Shown here one piece after another: positions 38,379 through 46,797 of a stretch of 64,000 nucleotides of DNA. Within the stretch, counting starts at the first letter, position 1; each line of letters begins with the position of its first letter. A program made the translations under genes and the position numbers. This stretch comes from Alphaproteobacteria bacterium (lineage in GTDB: Bacteria; Pseudomonadota; Alphaproteobacteria; Caedimonadales; UBA1908): contig JACESU010000001.1 in NCBI GenBank assembly GCA_013911655.1, positions 256,063-320,062 of the forward strand. The letters are read 5' to 3'. The notes under the pieces were generated by a model. That model worked only from the letters and a program-made list of their open reading frames with translations, was not told the origin of the DNA and ran no database searches.

Positions 38379-39725
38379 TTAAGCTGTAGGTGCTTTTTCT
38401 TTAATCAATGTTTGGGAATCTTGATTTTCTTTCAACCGTTTTAGCACACGAGCGCGCTTGTTTTGGCCGGGTTTGTCTAATTTGGGGCATATTTTCATAA
38501 AATTCTTTTCTATGCAAAGAACAGACGGCATGTAAAGGCGCACGGACGTAAGATGAGGCGCATCATAACAAAAATTCTCCCTGATGTGGGTTAGGGCCGG
38601 GAAACGAAGGGCGGCTGATCCCGCTTTTATGGAGCTTAGGGCGTTCGCTCCTAACTCTTTTAGACAAGGAAAATAGAGATTCAGTGTTTGGACAGTGAGG
38701 TTAGAGGCGAAACCAGCGCCAATGTGAGTGAGCACAGGGCAATTCATCCTAACGCGATCAATGGTGGCGCCAGTAAGGCAGCTGTGCTTGATGGTTGTGA
38801 GCACGGGAAAATACCTGAAATCCACGGAATGAAGCGCGCTAGAGAAAAGAAAACTCCGCCCTAATGTGTGAATAATTTTTTGAGGGTCCGATAAAATCAA
38901 ATGGTATTTATTTTCAAAAATCCCGTCCATAAAATAAAAAACACCAGGATTAATATAGGGTGTCTGTTCGATGCTTTGATGCAGAGAGTGTTGATCATGG
39001 GTTTGCAAAAGTGCGTGAACAGAGGTTTTATGCGCGATTCTTTCTTCTGTTGTCAGGGCAAAAATATGGGAGTCCTCTTTAAAAGAGTCGCAAATTAAGT
39101 CTTTTGAAAAGCGGATGAGACGAGGGTTTTGCTTGAGCGTTTGTAAAAACGTCAGGGCGCGCGCCTTGGCCGCTGCGTTTTTTGGGTTAAAAACCACCCG
39201 GGACCAGGGAAGGACGGATTCCAAGCACAAAAGATCTTGGGACGAGAGCGCCTCTTTATGCTCACGAAAAACATGGGCGTAAAGAGTTGGTAGAAGGGGC
39301 TTTATTTCATCGTTGGTAAAGGGGCGGCTGTCTTTGGGAAAGGTTTCCTGCCTGAGAGGGACAAAAGCAAAGCCATTTTTTTTATATATTTTGTTGATAT
39401 AAGTTGGCAGGCGCGTTGGTGACAAGCGCACGGACCATCCGCTCAGCTCATGAAGCATGAGCCACGCTTCAGTTTCTAGGGCTTGTGTGACGATCTCTTC
39501 TTTTGCGTGGTGCCATGCTTTGCAGACCCGAGAAGCCTTTAAAAGGTCTCGCACCGGAAGCCCTTGAAAGATTAAAGGCGTGAGATCGCGAGGGAGGTGA
39601 GTGAGGACGGCGTGTTCTTCTTGATCCGTATCTGTTGTAGGGTTTGATGAGGCGGCGCACGGGGGCACGGTGATGAACCCTAGACCCAGGCATACGAGGG
39701 TGAAGAAAGAAAAAAGTTTTTTCAT
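38379..39725 (-). CDS. secreted F-box-like / BspA-type LRR protein, paralog 1 (448 aa)
   Basis: AAGGAG SD. Signal peptide MKKLFSFFTLVCLGLGFITVPPCAAS. F-box-like LPRDLTPLIFQGLPVRDLLKASRVCKAWHHA. Family core QDLLCLESVLPWSRVVF. C-terminal repeats of the FPxLxxIxxxFxxxCxxL type. Confidence 0.7.
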   Translation of the reverse strand: MKKLFSFFTLVCLGLGFITVPPCAASSNPTTDTDQEEHAVLTHLPRDLTPLIFQGLPVRDLLKASRVCKAWHHAKEEIVTQALETEAWLMLHELSGWSVRLSPTRLPTYINKIYKKNGFAFVPLRQETFPKDSRPFTNDEIKPLLPTLYAHVFREHKEALSSQDLLCLESVLPWSRVVFNPKNAAAKARALTFLQTLKQNPRLIRFSKDLICDSFKEDSHIFALTTEERIAHKTSVHALLQTHDQHSLHQSIEQTPYINPGVFYFMDGIFENKYHLILSDPQKIIHTLGRSFLFSSALHSVDFRYFPVLTTIKHSCLTGATIDRVRMNCPVLTHIGAGFASNLTVQTLNLYFPCLKELGANALSSIKAGSAALRFPALTHIRENFCYDAPHLTSVRLYMPSVLCIEKNFMKICPKLDKPGQNKRARVLKRLKENQDSQTLIKEKAPTA

Positions 39726-40154
39726 ATGAATCTCCTTAAATAATAAGAATCCATTGTCTTAAAAAGTATTTATTGTCAATGTGTTAATTTTAAATGAGAT
39801 GTACCTAGGACGGTGATGGTTAAAGATGTGCACGTACTCCTTTTTAAAAAGAGAAAGTTTGAAAAGACTTTTTTTATTTTGTTCGATATTTTCTGAATAC
39901 TGTATACTTTTGTGTTGCTCAAACTCACCTAAGGTCATGACGAAGGGGGAAGGCGCCTGTATAAATAAACCTTCTTTTAAACGCGACGAAAAACGATGAC
40001 CGGCAGGACATCATGGTGAGGGTGGACCATGATCTGACCCAGGATGCCCCCTTTGTTGCGCGTTGAGGCGATGCAAGACAGGGAAACATAAGGCTAATCC
40101 CTTTTAAGAATGTTGCCACGAGAGTAAGAGTTAGCGTCCATCAGGGGGTGAGGA

Positions 40155-41573
40155 TCAAGCCGCGTTTGCGGTGTTTTCTTGTGCGGGGTGTGCCTCTTTC
40201 AGGGTCTTGGCAAGGTGTTCTTTTGTTTCAGGTGTGAGGGCTGGACACAGATCAATAAATCTGTTCCCCACATAAGACGGCTGAGGTGTTTCATAGAATC
40301 TGACCGAGGAGAGCTCTGGGCAACTGTAACAAAACTCTCTTCCTATATGGACAAGGCTCGGAAACTCAAACGTGGCCTTCTTAATATTTGTGTATGAGAA
40401 GCAGTTTTTATTGATGAAAGTGAGAGAAGGAAGTGCGAGCCTTAAAGGCGTAGTGTTGTTGAGTACAGCATATGACAACGTGTCATTACCCAAATTAGTG
40501 AGAACAGGCAAATGCGCCCTCAAAGAAGTAAGGCGTCCATTGTATAAAAAACCTTCCCCCAATAGCTCAAGGTTTGGCAGATGAAGGATGACCTTTGTCA
40601 CATAGGCGTACGCTAGAAAATCCTCGTCTGCTTGGGTAAGCGAGGGAAATTGTTTTAAAGAGATTGATTTTTGATTTCTGTAGCCACTTAGAAACTCACG
40701 TTCTAGGTGTGTGACCGTTCCTTTGGGATCAAGAAGCGTCAGATGTCCTGTGTTGGGGAGGTCGGTGCGTGATAAAGAAAAACCTCCGTTGGTCACAAAG
40801 ACCCCCTCTTCTGCTACCACATAAAAAGCGTGATCTATGTGAGTTTCAAGAAGGGTTAAAAGATGCGCTTTGTGTTGAGAAAGCTCATCCGTTGTTAGCA
40901 CAAAGGTATATGCCTCATCTTTGTAGAAATCTGGGGCGAGGGTTGGCGAGAAGCGCACGAGTTGTGGGCTCTTTGCCACGTCCTTGAGGAAGGTCAGGGC
41001 ACGGGCTTTGGCGTCTTTTTTTGTAGGATCAAAGATCATGCGGGACCAAGGCAGAACGGCCTCGAGGCACAGGATATCCTGAAAGGAAAAAGAGTCTTTT
41101 TGTGCCTGAAAAGCGCACGTGTAAAGTGTTGGAATATGAGGCTCTATGTCGGCCTCGTCAAGAGGCACGCTGCCTTCTAGAAAAACATGCTGTTTATAAG
41201 GCATAAAAGCAAAGCCATGTGCGTCATAAAGGTTTTGTAGGGTTACTGTTAAAAGGGTATCGGGCAGCCGCTTGGACCATTTTTTGTGATCATAAAGCAT
41301 GAAATGCCCTTCACTTTTGAGGGCGTGTTCTAGGTAGGGTTGTTGCGTATCGTGCCAGGCCTTGCAGACTTGAGTCGCTCGAAAAAAAGTCTTCACAGGC
41401 AGACCGGAAAGAACACACGGAAACACGTCGCGTAAGAAGTGCTTGTTGACAAAAGGGCTTTCTTTATCATCCTCGTGAGAGAAATGAGAAGCTGTCACAG
41501 GGGAGAGTATCGTAAGCGTAAAAGCGCTTAGGAGTACGGCTCCATAAAAGAGTATTCTTTTCACAGGGTGCAC
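40155..41573 (-). CDS. secreted F-box-like / BspA-type LRR protein, paralog 2 (472 aa)
   Basis: GTG start. Signal-like N-terminus. FLRDVFPCVLSGLPVKTFFRATQVCKAWHDT. Core QDILCLEAVLPWSRMIF. LRR-like C-terminus. Confidence 0.65.
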   Translation of the reverse strand: MHPVKRILFYGAVLLSAFTLTILSPVTASHFSHEDDKESPFVNKHFLRDVFPCVLSGLPVKTFFRATQVCKAWHDTQQPYLEHALKSEGHFMLYDHKKWSKRLPDTLLTVTLQNLYDAHGFAFMPYKQHVFLEGSVPLDEADIEPHIPTLYTCAFQAQKDSFSFQDILCLEAVLPWSRMIFDPTKKDAKARALTFLKDVAKSPQLVRFSPTLAPDFYKDEAYTFVLTTDELSQHKAHLLTLLETHIDHAFYVVAEEGVFVTNGGFSLSRTDLPNTGHLTLLDPKGTVTHLEREFLSGYRNQKSISLKQFPSLTQADEDFLAYAYVTKVILHLPNLELLGEGFLYNGRLTSLRAHLPVLTNLGNDTLSYAVLNNTTPLRLALPSLTFINKNCFSYTNIKKATFEFPSLVHIGREFCYSCPELSSVRFYETPQPSYVGNRFIDLCPALTPETKEHLAKTLKEAHPAQENTANAA

Positions 41574-41594
41574 TATAAAAATTGAAATCAGTTT

Positions 41595-41624
41595 TATATG
41601 GAGGGATTAAAGATTTATTGTCAA
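41595..41624 (-). promoter_or_regulatory. sigma70-like promoter candidate for paralog 2
   Basis: On the minus strand: TTGACA (41624-41619), an 18-nt spacer, then CATATA(AA). Confidence 0.45.
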
Positions 41625-41692
41625 TAAAATAAACTTTCTGTTTCAAGGTATTCTTTCTATTTTAAGGGATGAGAAATCTCGCAAGGGGCGCG

Positions 41693-43255
41693 TTAGTATA
41701 GTCGTCTTTCTGCTTCACCAAAGTTTATATAATGAAGTGATAAGGCAAGGTCACGTTCGGCGTCTGTGCCCCTTTGAACCTGTTCTGCTAGGTCTGGGTT
41801 TTGCGCTAAATACCTTCCCGGCGAAAAAAGAGCTGGCAAGTCAAGGGTGTAAAGTCTATTTTCCGTTGGCTGGTTGTGCGCAAAATACTGAAGGGCATAG
41901 GCCTCAGGATCACTGTGTCGCAGGGATTCCTCTTGAATATCTGGGTTCAAGAGAAGGTAAATGGCAAGATCAAAATCTTCTGGCAATTTGTAGATAAGGC
42001 CCTGTTTGCACCCCATCTCTTGATAATGATCGCAGGCGTAGGTGATGGGATCAAATCCATGGGTCAAGGCGCGCGCCCTCAGATGGGGATGATAAAGAAG
42101 ATAAATCTCTGCAGAGAAATCCTCGGGAAGGGCGGCATGCCGTTCAACAGGGCCTTCTTGCTGGTCACGTCGCACTTTGACGGCGTCTTTAAACGTGTTG
42201 ATCTGGTGTTTAAGCGCGTCGTTAAGGACGAGTGCCTCATTGAGTATGGGCGCACCAACGCTGATAACTGCGCCAAGGCCCCTTGTGTCAAACGTCTGAA
42301 GCTCGAGACAGTCAAATAAGGAAAAGGACTCCATGTGGGTAAGGGCGTTCAGGTCCCGTGCATCCAAAGACTGCAACAGCTTGAAAGGTGAAAAACAGAG
42401 ATTTCCCATTTTGTGGACAACCCCTTCAGGGTCCGACAGGATCAGATGACGAAGGGACGGTAGGGCTGCTTTATAAAAAGAAAGACGCCCATTGTTTACA
42501 TAAAACCCATTCTCCATCACAAGATGAACGCGGTGATTTGTGTGACTTTTAAGAAGGCTTTCAAGCGCCTCCTTGTGTGCTGCGAGTTCACTTGTTGTCA
42601 GGACAATGGTAGGGGTTTCTTCTTTAAGCGCGTCAGGCAACAACGTAGGGGAGAAACGCACAAGGGATTTGTTGGGGTGGACACGCAACAGAGAACGCAC
42701 AGCCTCACGTTTTGAGGGAAGGTGATGCAAGGGAACCGCCATGCGCTGCCAGGGAAGAACGGCTTTAAGACACAAAAGGTCTTGGGGTGAAAGGGGGTCA
42801 GACGCCTTTCCAAATGCATGAAGATAAAGCTGCGGTAAAAGAGGGGCGACATCTCTCTCACGAAGGGGGATGCTTCCCGTGGGAAATGGTCTGTGTCCAA
42901 AGGGGACAAAGACGTAGCCGTCTTCTTGAAAAAGGTGAGTCAGAATAGAAGTCAAGAGATCACGCGGCAGGTTTTGTGACCATGCGCGCTGATCGTCAAG
43001 CATGTGAGCCCTCTCAAGGCGTATCTTATGATGTTGGTGATGTTTCATTGCTTGGTGCCATGCGTGGCAGACTCTTGAGAAAGGGTGGTGTGGGGGTAGG
43101 TTTTCTGTCACAAGGCAAAGGGTTTCTAAAGGCAGTAACGTTTGAGAAGAAGCGCAAACGTCATCGCGCTCAAGAGAGGATGCCGCGCATAAAGAAATTA
43201 AAACAAAATAACTGCTTAGTAATAAGGGTATAAAATAAGAAAGAAGCCTATTCAT
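41693..43255 (-). CDS. secreted F-box-like / LRR protein with triple C-terminal repeat, paralog 3 (520 aa)
   Basis: Signal peptide. LPLETLCLVTENLPPHHPFSRVCHAWHQA. Core QDLLCLKAVLPWQRM. Three C-terminal repeats of about 48 aa (F..(I/R)YL..(H/N)P(H/D)(L/I)...). Confidence 0.65.
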   Translation of the reverse strand: MNRLLSYFIPLLLSSYFVLISLCAASSLERDDVCASSQTLLPLETLCLVTENLPPHHPFSRVCHAWHQAMKHHQHHKIRLERAHMLDDQRAWSQNLPRDLLTSILTHLFQEDGYVFVPFGHRPFPTGSIPLRERDVAPLLPQLYLHAFGKASDPLSPQDLLCLKAVLPWQRMAVPLHHLPSKREAVRSLLRVHPNKSLVRFSPTLLPDALKEETPTIVLTTSELAAHKEALESLLKSHTNHRVHLVMENGFYVNNGRLSFYKAALPSLRHLILSDPEGVVHKMGNLCFSPFKLLQSLDARDLNALTHMESFSLFDCLELQTFDTRGLGAVISVGAPILNEALVLNDALKHQINTFKDAVKVRRDQQEGPVERHAALPEDFSAEIYLLYHPHLRARALTHGFDPITYACDHYQEMGCKQGLIYKLPEDFDLAIYLLLNPDIQEESLRHSDPEAYALQYFAHNQPTENRLYTLDLPALFSPGRYLAQNPDLAEQVQRGTDAERDLALSLHYINFGEAERRLY

Positions 43256-43293
43256 AAGAACAAGGGAAGGTTAACGAGTGAAAAGTATTCTCT

Positions 43294-43322
43294 TATATGA
43301 AAGTGTTTTGACTTTTTGTCAA
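43294..43322 (-). promoter_or_regulatory. sigma70-like promoter candidate for paralog 3
   Basis: On the minus strand: TTGACA (43322-43317), a 17-nt spacer, then CATATA. Confidence 0.45.
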
Positions 43323-43397
43323 CAATAAGAGATGTAGTTTCATGAAAGTTTTTTCTTTGGGGTCTTTGCGCAAAATGCTTGAAAGAAGGCAGGCGCT

Positions 43398-44534
43398 TTA
43401 CAAGCGCGGGTCAGCCTTTTTAAGAAAGTCAGCAATCTTAGGCCAATTTTCGGCCAAGGGCTTTGTTCCCATAAAAAGGCCAATATGCCCCCCCGTGGCT
43501 AAATCTTGATGAAGGTCCTTTTGAGGGGTGCCAAAGTAAAGAGATGCATTAAAAACTTGAATGGAGGGCGTAATGTCGTCTTTATCCCCTGCCAAAAGAT
43601 AAACAGGACATGTGATGGTCTTAGGGTCTAGCTGTCGTCCAAGGGCCACGAATTTGCCGTTCGCAAATTGATTTTCAATAAACAGCTCTTTAACCGCTTG
43701 CAAGTACCAGCGACCAGGCAGATCGAGGGTCGCTTCGTACCACCGCTCAAAGATTTCGGTGCGCTCGACATAGGTTGGATCTTCAATATGTTCGTAAAGG
43801 CGCACATACTTATCAAGATATTGTTCTTTGGGGTGCATGCTTTTAAATCCTTGGAGCATGTATTCCCCGCGCAAAAGGCCGCCGCCCTTGGCAACCAGCT
43901 TTTCGTAAAAGGAAAAAGGCAGGGTGTTGACATAATGTTTGATGGCCCCGTCACCTGCTTGGGTATCAATGGGGGCGCCCGCGATCGTGAGGCTTTGCAC
44001 ATTTTGCGGAAAGCGCGCCGTATAAAGACTTGCAAACCACCCCCCTTGGCAAAGTCCAATCAGATGGACAGGCGCGCCAAGATCGCTCACGACTGTATGC
44101 AGTTCAGCCAAGTAATGGTCAATATCCAGATCCTTCATATCAGGGGTGGCGCTATGCCATTCGGTCGCAAAAACGCGCTCGATGCCATGGTGGAGGAGAA
44201 CATCGACAAGGCTTTGTTTTTGATGAAAATCCGCGATCGTTGAGGTATGGCCCGCATAGGGGGGCAAAATTAAAGTGGGATGTTGAGAGGACGAATTTTT
44301 TTTAGAAAAATCTCTAAGGGTCAACGTGCGAAGAGAATACAGCACCTTGTTAGCGCTCGCCCATTGGGGTTTGGGACGAATTTTTTGAGTGAGAATCACC
44401 TCATCAAGGAACTTAAGATTTTTACGTTCAAGGTCTAAGAGCTCTTTCCCCGCCTGCAGGGCAAAGCCGAGGGGCCAGAAAAAAGGAATCTCCATCTCAC
44501 ACGGCGGCGGTGCTTTTTTATCATCCGTTGACAT
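43398..44534 (-). CDS. class III PHA synthase (PhaC)-like alpha/beta hydrolase
   Basis: VHLIGLCQGGWFASLYTARFPQNVQSLTIAGAPID has the Cys-type lipase box seen in class III PhaC (my recollection of Allochromatium: LLGICQGG). ITCPVYLLAGDKDDI and GGHIGLF also match. 378 aa. Confidence 0.6.
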   Translation of the reverse strand: MSTDDKKAPPPCEMEIPFFWPLGFALQAGKELLDLERKNLKFLDEVILTQKIRPKPQWASANKVLYSLRTLTLRDFSKKNSSSQHPTLILPPYAGHTSTIADFHQKQSLVDVLLHHGIERVFATEWHSATPDMKDLDIDHYLAELHTVVSDLGAPVHLIGLCQGGWFASLYTARFPQNVQSLTIAGAPIDTQAGDGAIKHYVNTLPFSFYEKLVAKGGGLLRGEYMLQGFKSMHPKEQYLDKYVRLYEHIEDPTYVERTEIFERWYEATLDLPGRWYLQAVKELFIENQFANGKFVALGRQLDPKTITCPVYLLAGDKDDITPSIQVFNASLYFGTPQKDLHQDLATGGHIGLFMGTKPLAENWPKIADFLKKADPRL

Positions 44535-44616
44535 ATGTCTGTTCCTGTTAAGGGAGGTAATAGTGCTATTCTACGCTATAGAAAGGGCCACGTCACATAA
44601 TAACGCGCATGCCTTT

Positions 44617-44661
44617 AGAAAAAGAAAAAGGCCTCGTCCCGTGAAGGAGCGAGACCTTTTT
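44617..44661 (-). terminator. bidirectional-looking terminator downstream of paralog 4
   Basis: Imperfect stem of about 10 bp (ggcctcgtcc / ggagcgagacc) flanked by an A-run and a T-run. On the minus strand the hairpin is followed by TTTTTCTTTTTCT. Confidence 0.6.
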
Positions 44662-44675
44662 GATCAAAAAAAGTT

Positions 44676-46484
44676 TTAAAATTTCCGCCCCTCATGCTGC
44701 CCGTGGCGGGTATAATGGATTTTAAGTTTTAGATCTCGTTCTCGCACGGTGTTGCTTTTAGCATATGCTTCAAGATCGGGATTATGCGCGAGATATCCTG
44801 CAGGGGTAAACCCTTCGGGTGTATGGAATTGATAAATCCTATTTTCTTTTGTGCCAAAGATCATAAAGTGCCACAGGGCAAAACGATACGGGTTTTTTTG
44901 GGTGTATGCGACCTCTTTTATATCAGGATTAAACAGAAAATAAATGGGCGCCTCAAAATCGTTTGGTTTTCTACAGGGAAGGTTTTGATCCATTCCCTGA
45001 GAAATATAATGGGTTTTTGCATATTTTTCTGGATCAAGGCTTTGTGCTTCGGCATGGGCCAGAACATCGGGGTGGTAAACCAAATAAGCGTCAGCCGAAA
45101 ACCAGATTGGTAGGTAGTAGCTGTCAGGTAGTCTTGTGTTAGTCCGTTTCTCCATTTCACGGTAGAACGCGCAAAGGCGGCGGTGAAATGTTTCTGGGTC
45201 CACGCCGCTATGCTTAAAAGGAAGCTCTCTGATTTCCGTAACAGAGGTCAGATGGCTAAGGTCAATATTCTTAAGCTTGAGTGCAGGACAATCGCTGACA
45301 AAACCCCCATCAAGAAATTCAACAGCGCCAAATGCCCTAAGGTTTAGCTGTTCCAAAGAAGGGTTTGAACATATAAAGGAACCTCTGATTATTTTTGTGT
45401 TTTCAAGTCCTCTGCTGTCAAAGCAAGTTGTTGATTTGTTTAAGTAAAAAAAGGACTCACGGATTTCTTTGACAGAGCTGAAGCCTCGGTTGTTGATGGA
45501 TACGAGGGCAGGGCATTGGCTGGCAAACCCACGCTCAATCACCTTCACGGTATTGAGGCCTCTTGGATCAAGCGTTTGAAGATGTTCATGTCGACGAAGA
45601 AAAAACTTGCCAATTATTTTGACGAGACCCTTGGGATCGGAAAGAGACAAATGACGAACTTCTGCAATGTTTTCTTTCTTTAAAGAAAGGGTTTTATCCT
45701 TCACAAAGGTACCTTTTTCCACCAGAAGGTGAACACGATGATGGGGATGAGTTTTGGCAAAGGCGTTGACAGCCTCATGATGGGCTGCAAGTTCTTCGGT
45801 CGTGAGGATCAGGGTGTGGGGAGTTGCTTTAAAATCCTCAAGTTTTAAATCAGGCAAAAACCGCACAAGAGAGGTGTTTTGCGGGATATCCGTCAAGCAG
45901 GCCAGGGCTTTTTTCTTGGATGCGGCATCCCCTTCTTTGAAGACAACGCGCGACCAAGGAAGGACCGCCTCGAGACACAACAGATCCCGGGGGGAAAGGG
46001 CGTCGTTCTTGCTGCCAAAGGCGTGGGTGTAAAGAGCGGGGAAAAGGGCTTCTACATCCTCAAAGCTTAAAGGCACACTGCCCGCCGGAACGCCTGGGTG
46101 TACGAAGGGGATAAAAGCAAAACCGTCGCTTTGTAGGAGGTCGTTAAGTGCCTGAGAGAGCTTAGAGGCTGACAGCATGCTGGACCAATGATGCTCGTCA
46201 TAAAGCATGAGCGTCCGTTCGTTTTGAAGGGCTGGGATAGAATGTTTTTCATAAGTGTTTGTAAACGCTTTGCAGGTACGGGCAAAACTAATAAAATCGT
46301 GAGCTGATAGATGACTCAGGATCAAAGGAACAACATCCGCTGGTATGGTAGGTGCGATGTGTGTTGTGTTTGGTTCTTCTTGGGCGTCAAGCACAGTAGA
46401 AGAGGCTTTGCATGTGGACAGATCTAGAAAGTTTAGCCCTGCGAATAAAAGAGCAAGAGAAAAGACGACATGTTTTTTTGTCAT
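44676..46484 (-). CDS. secreted F-box-like / LRR protein with triple C-terminal repeat, paralog 4 (602 aa from the ATG at 46484)
   Basis: AAGGA SD 9 nt before the ATG at 46484. Signal peptide MTKKHVVFSLALLFAGLNFLDLSTCKAS. IPADVVPLILSHLSAHDFISFARTCKAFTNT. Core RDLLCLEAVLPWSRVVF. LRRs, then three C-terminal repeats. Confidence 0.7.
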   Translation of the reverse strand: MTKKHVVFSLALLFAGLNFLDLSTCKASSTVLDAQEEPNTTHIAPTIPADVVPLILSHLSAHDFISFARTCKAFTNTYEKHSIPALQNERTLMLYDEHHWSSMLSASKLSQALNDLLQSDGFAFIPFVHPGVPAGSVPLSFEDVEALFPALYTHAFGSKNDALSPRDLLCLEAVLPWSRVVFKEGDAASKKKALACLTDIPQNTSLVRFLPDLKLEDFKATPHTLILTTEELAAHHEAVNAFAKTHPHHRVHLLVEKGTFVKDKTLSLKKENIAEVRHLSLSDPKGLVKIIGKFFLRRHEHLQTLDPRGLNTVKVIERGFASQCPALVSINNRGFSSVKEIRESFFYLNKSTTCFDSRGLENTKIIRGSFICSNPSLEQLNLRAFGAVEFLDGGFVSDCPALKLKNIDLSHLTSVTEIRELPFKHSGVDPETFHRRLCAFYREMEKRTNTRLPDSYYLPIWFSADAYLVYHPDVLAHAEAQSLDPEKYAKTHYISQGMDQNLPCRKPNDFEAPIYFLFNPDIKEVAYTQKNPYRFALWHFMIFGTKENRIYQFHTPEGFTPAGYLAHNPDLEAYAKSNTVRERDLKLKIHYTRHGQHEGRKF

Positions 46485-46728
46485 AAAATCATCCTTTGGT
46501 TTAAAAAGATAGAAATTACTTTTGAGGTGTGCTTCTTTTTTTGTCAATAAAAAACCCTCTCGTCTGTGAGGGCGTTTGTTGAAAAAGAAGGTGGTGTCGT
46601 GCTATTTAAGATTAAAGCTCTCTGTTTAATGTATGATGATGAGTTGAGTTTATGAATCATCATTTAGTTTATGACAATAAAAGTAGTAATTGGCTACATT
46701 ATTTTGGTGTAAGTTGTTTTTTATGCTT

Positions 46729-46770
46729 GTAAAAAATAGGCAGCACCTTCACAAGTAAAAGCGCTGCCTA
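46729..46770 (-). terminator. terminator candidate downstream of paralog 5
   Basis: 8-bp perfect stem taggcagc / gctgccta followed on the minus strand by TTTTTT. Confidence 0.55.
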
Positions 46771-46797
46771 AGGAAAAGAGGCAGGTTAGCCTTAGAA

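Noticed and set aside
43628-44243. 143-aa (-) and 191-aa (+) ORFs inside the PhaC-like gene; similar internal ORFs in tgt (18202-18747) and fliI (34633-35121, 35341-35778)
   Set aside because: They are nested within genes that have strong family signatures in another frame or strand, and have no independent support.
46485-46547. N-terminal extension of F-box paralog 4 starting at the TTG at 46547
   Set aside because: That TTG is the first half of a TTGACA -35 box. An SD-preceded ATG at 46484 gives a normal signal peptide.
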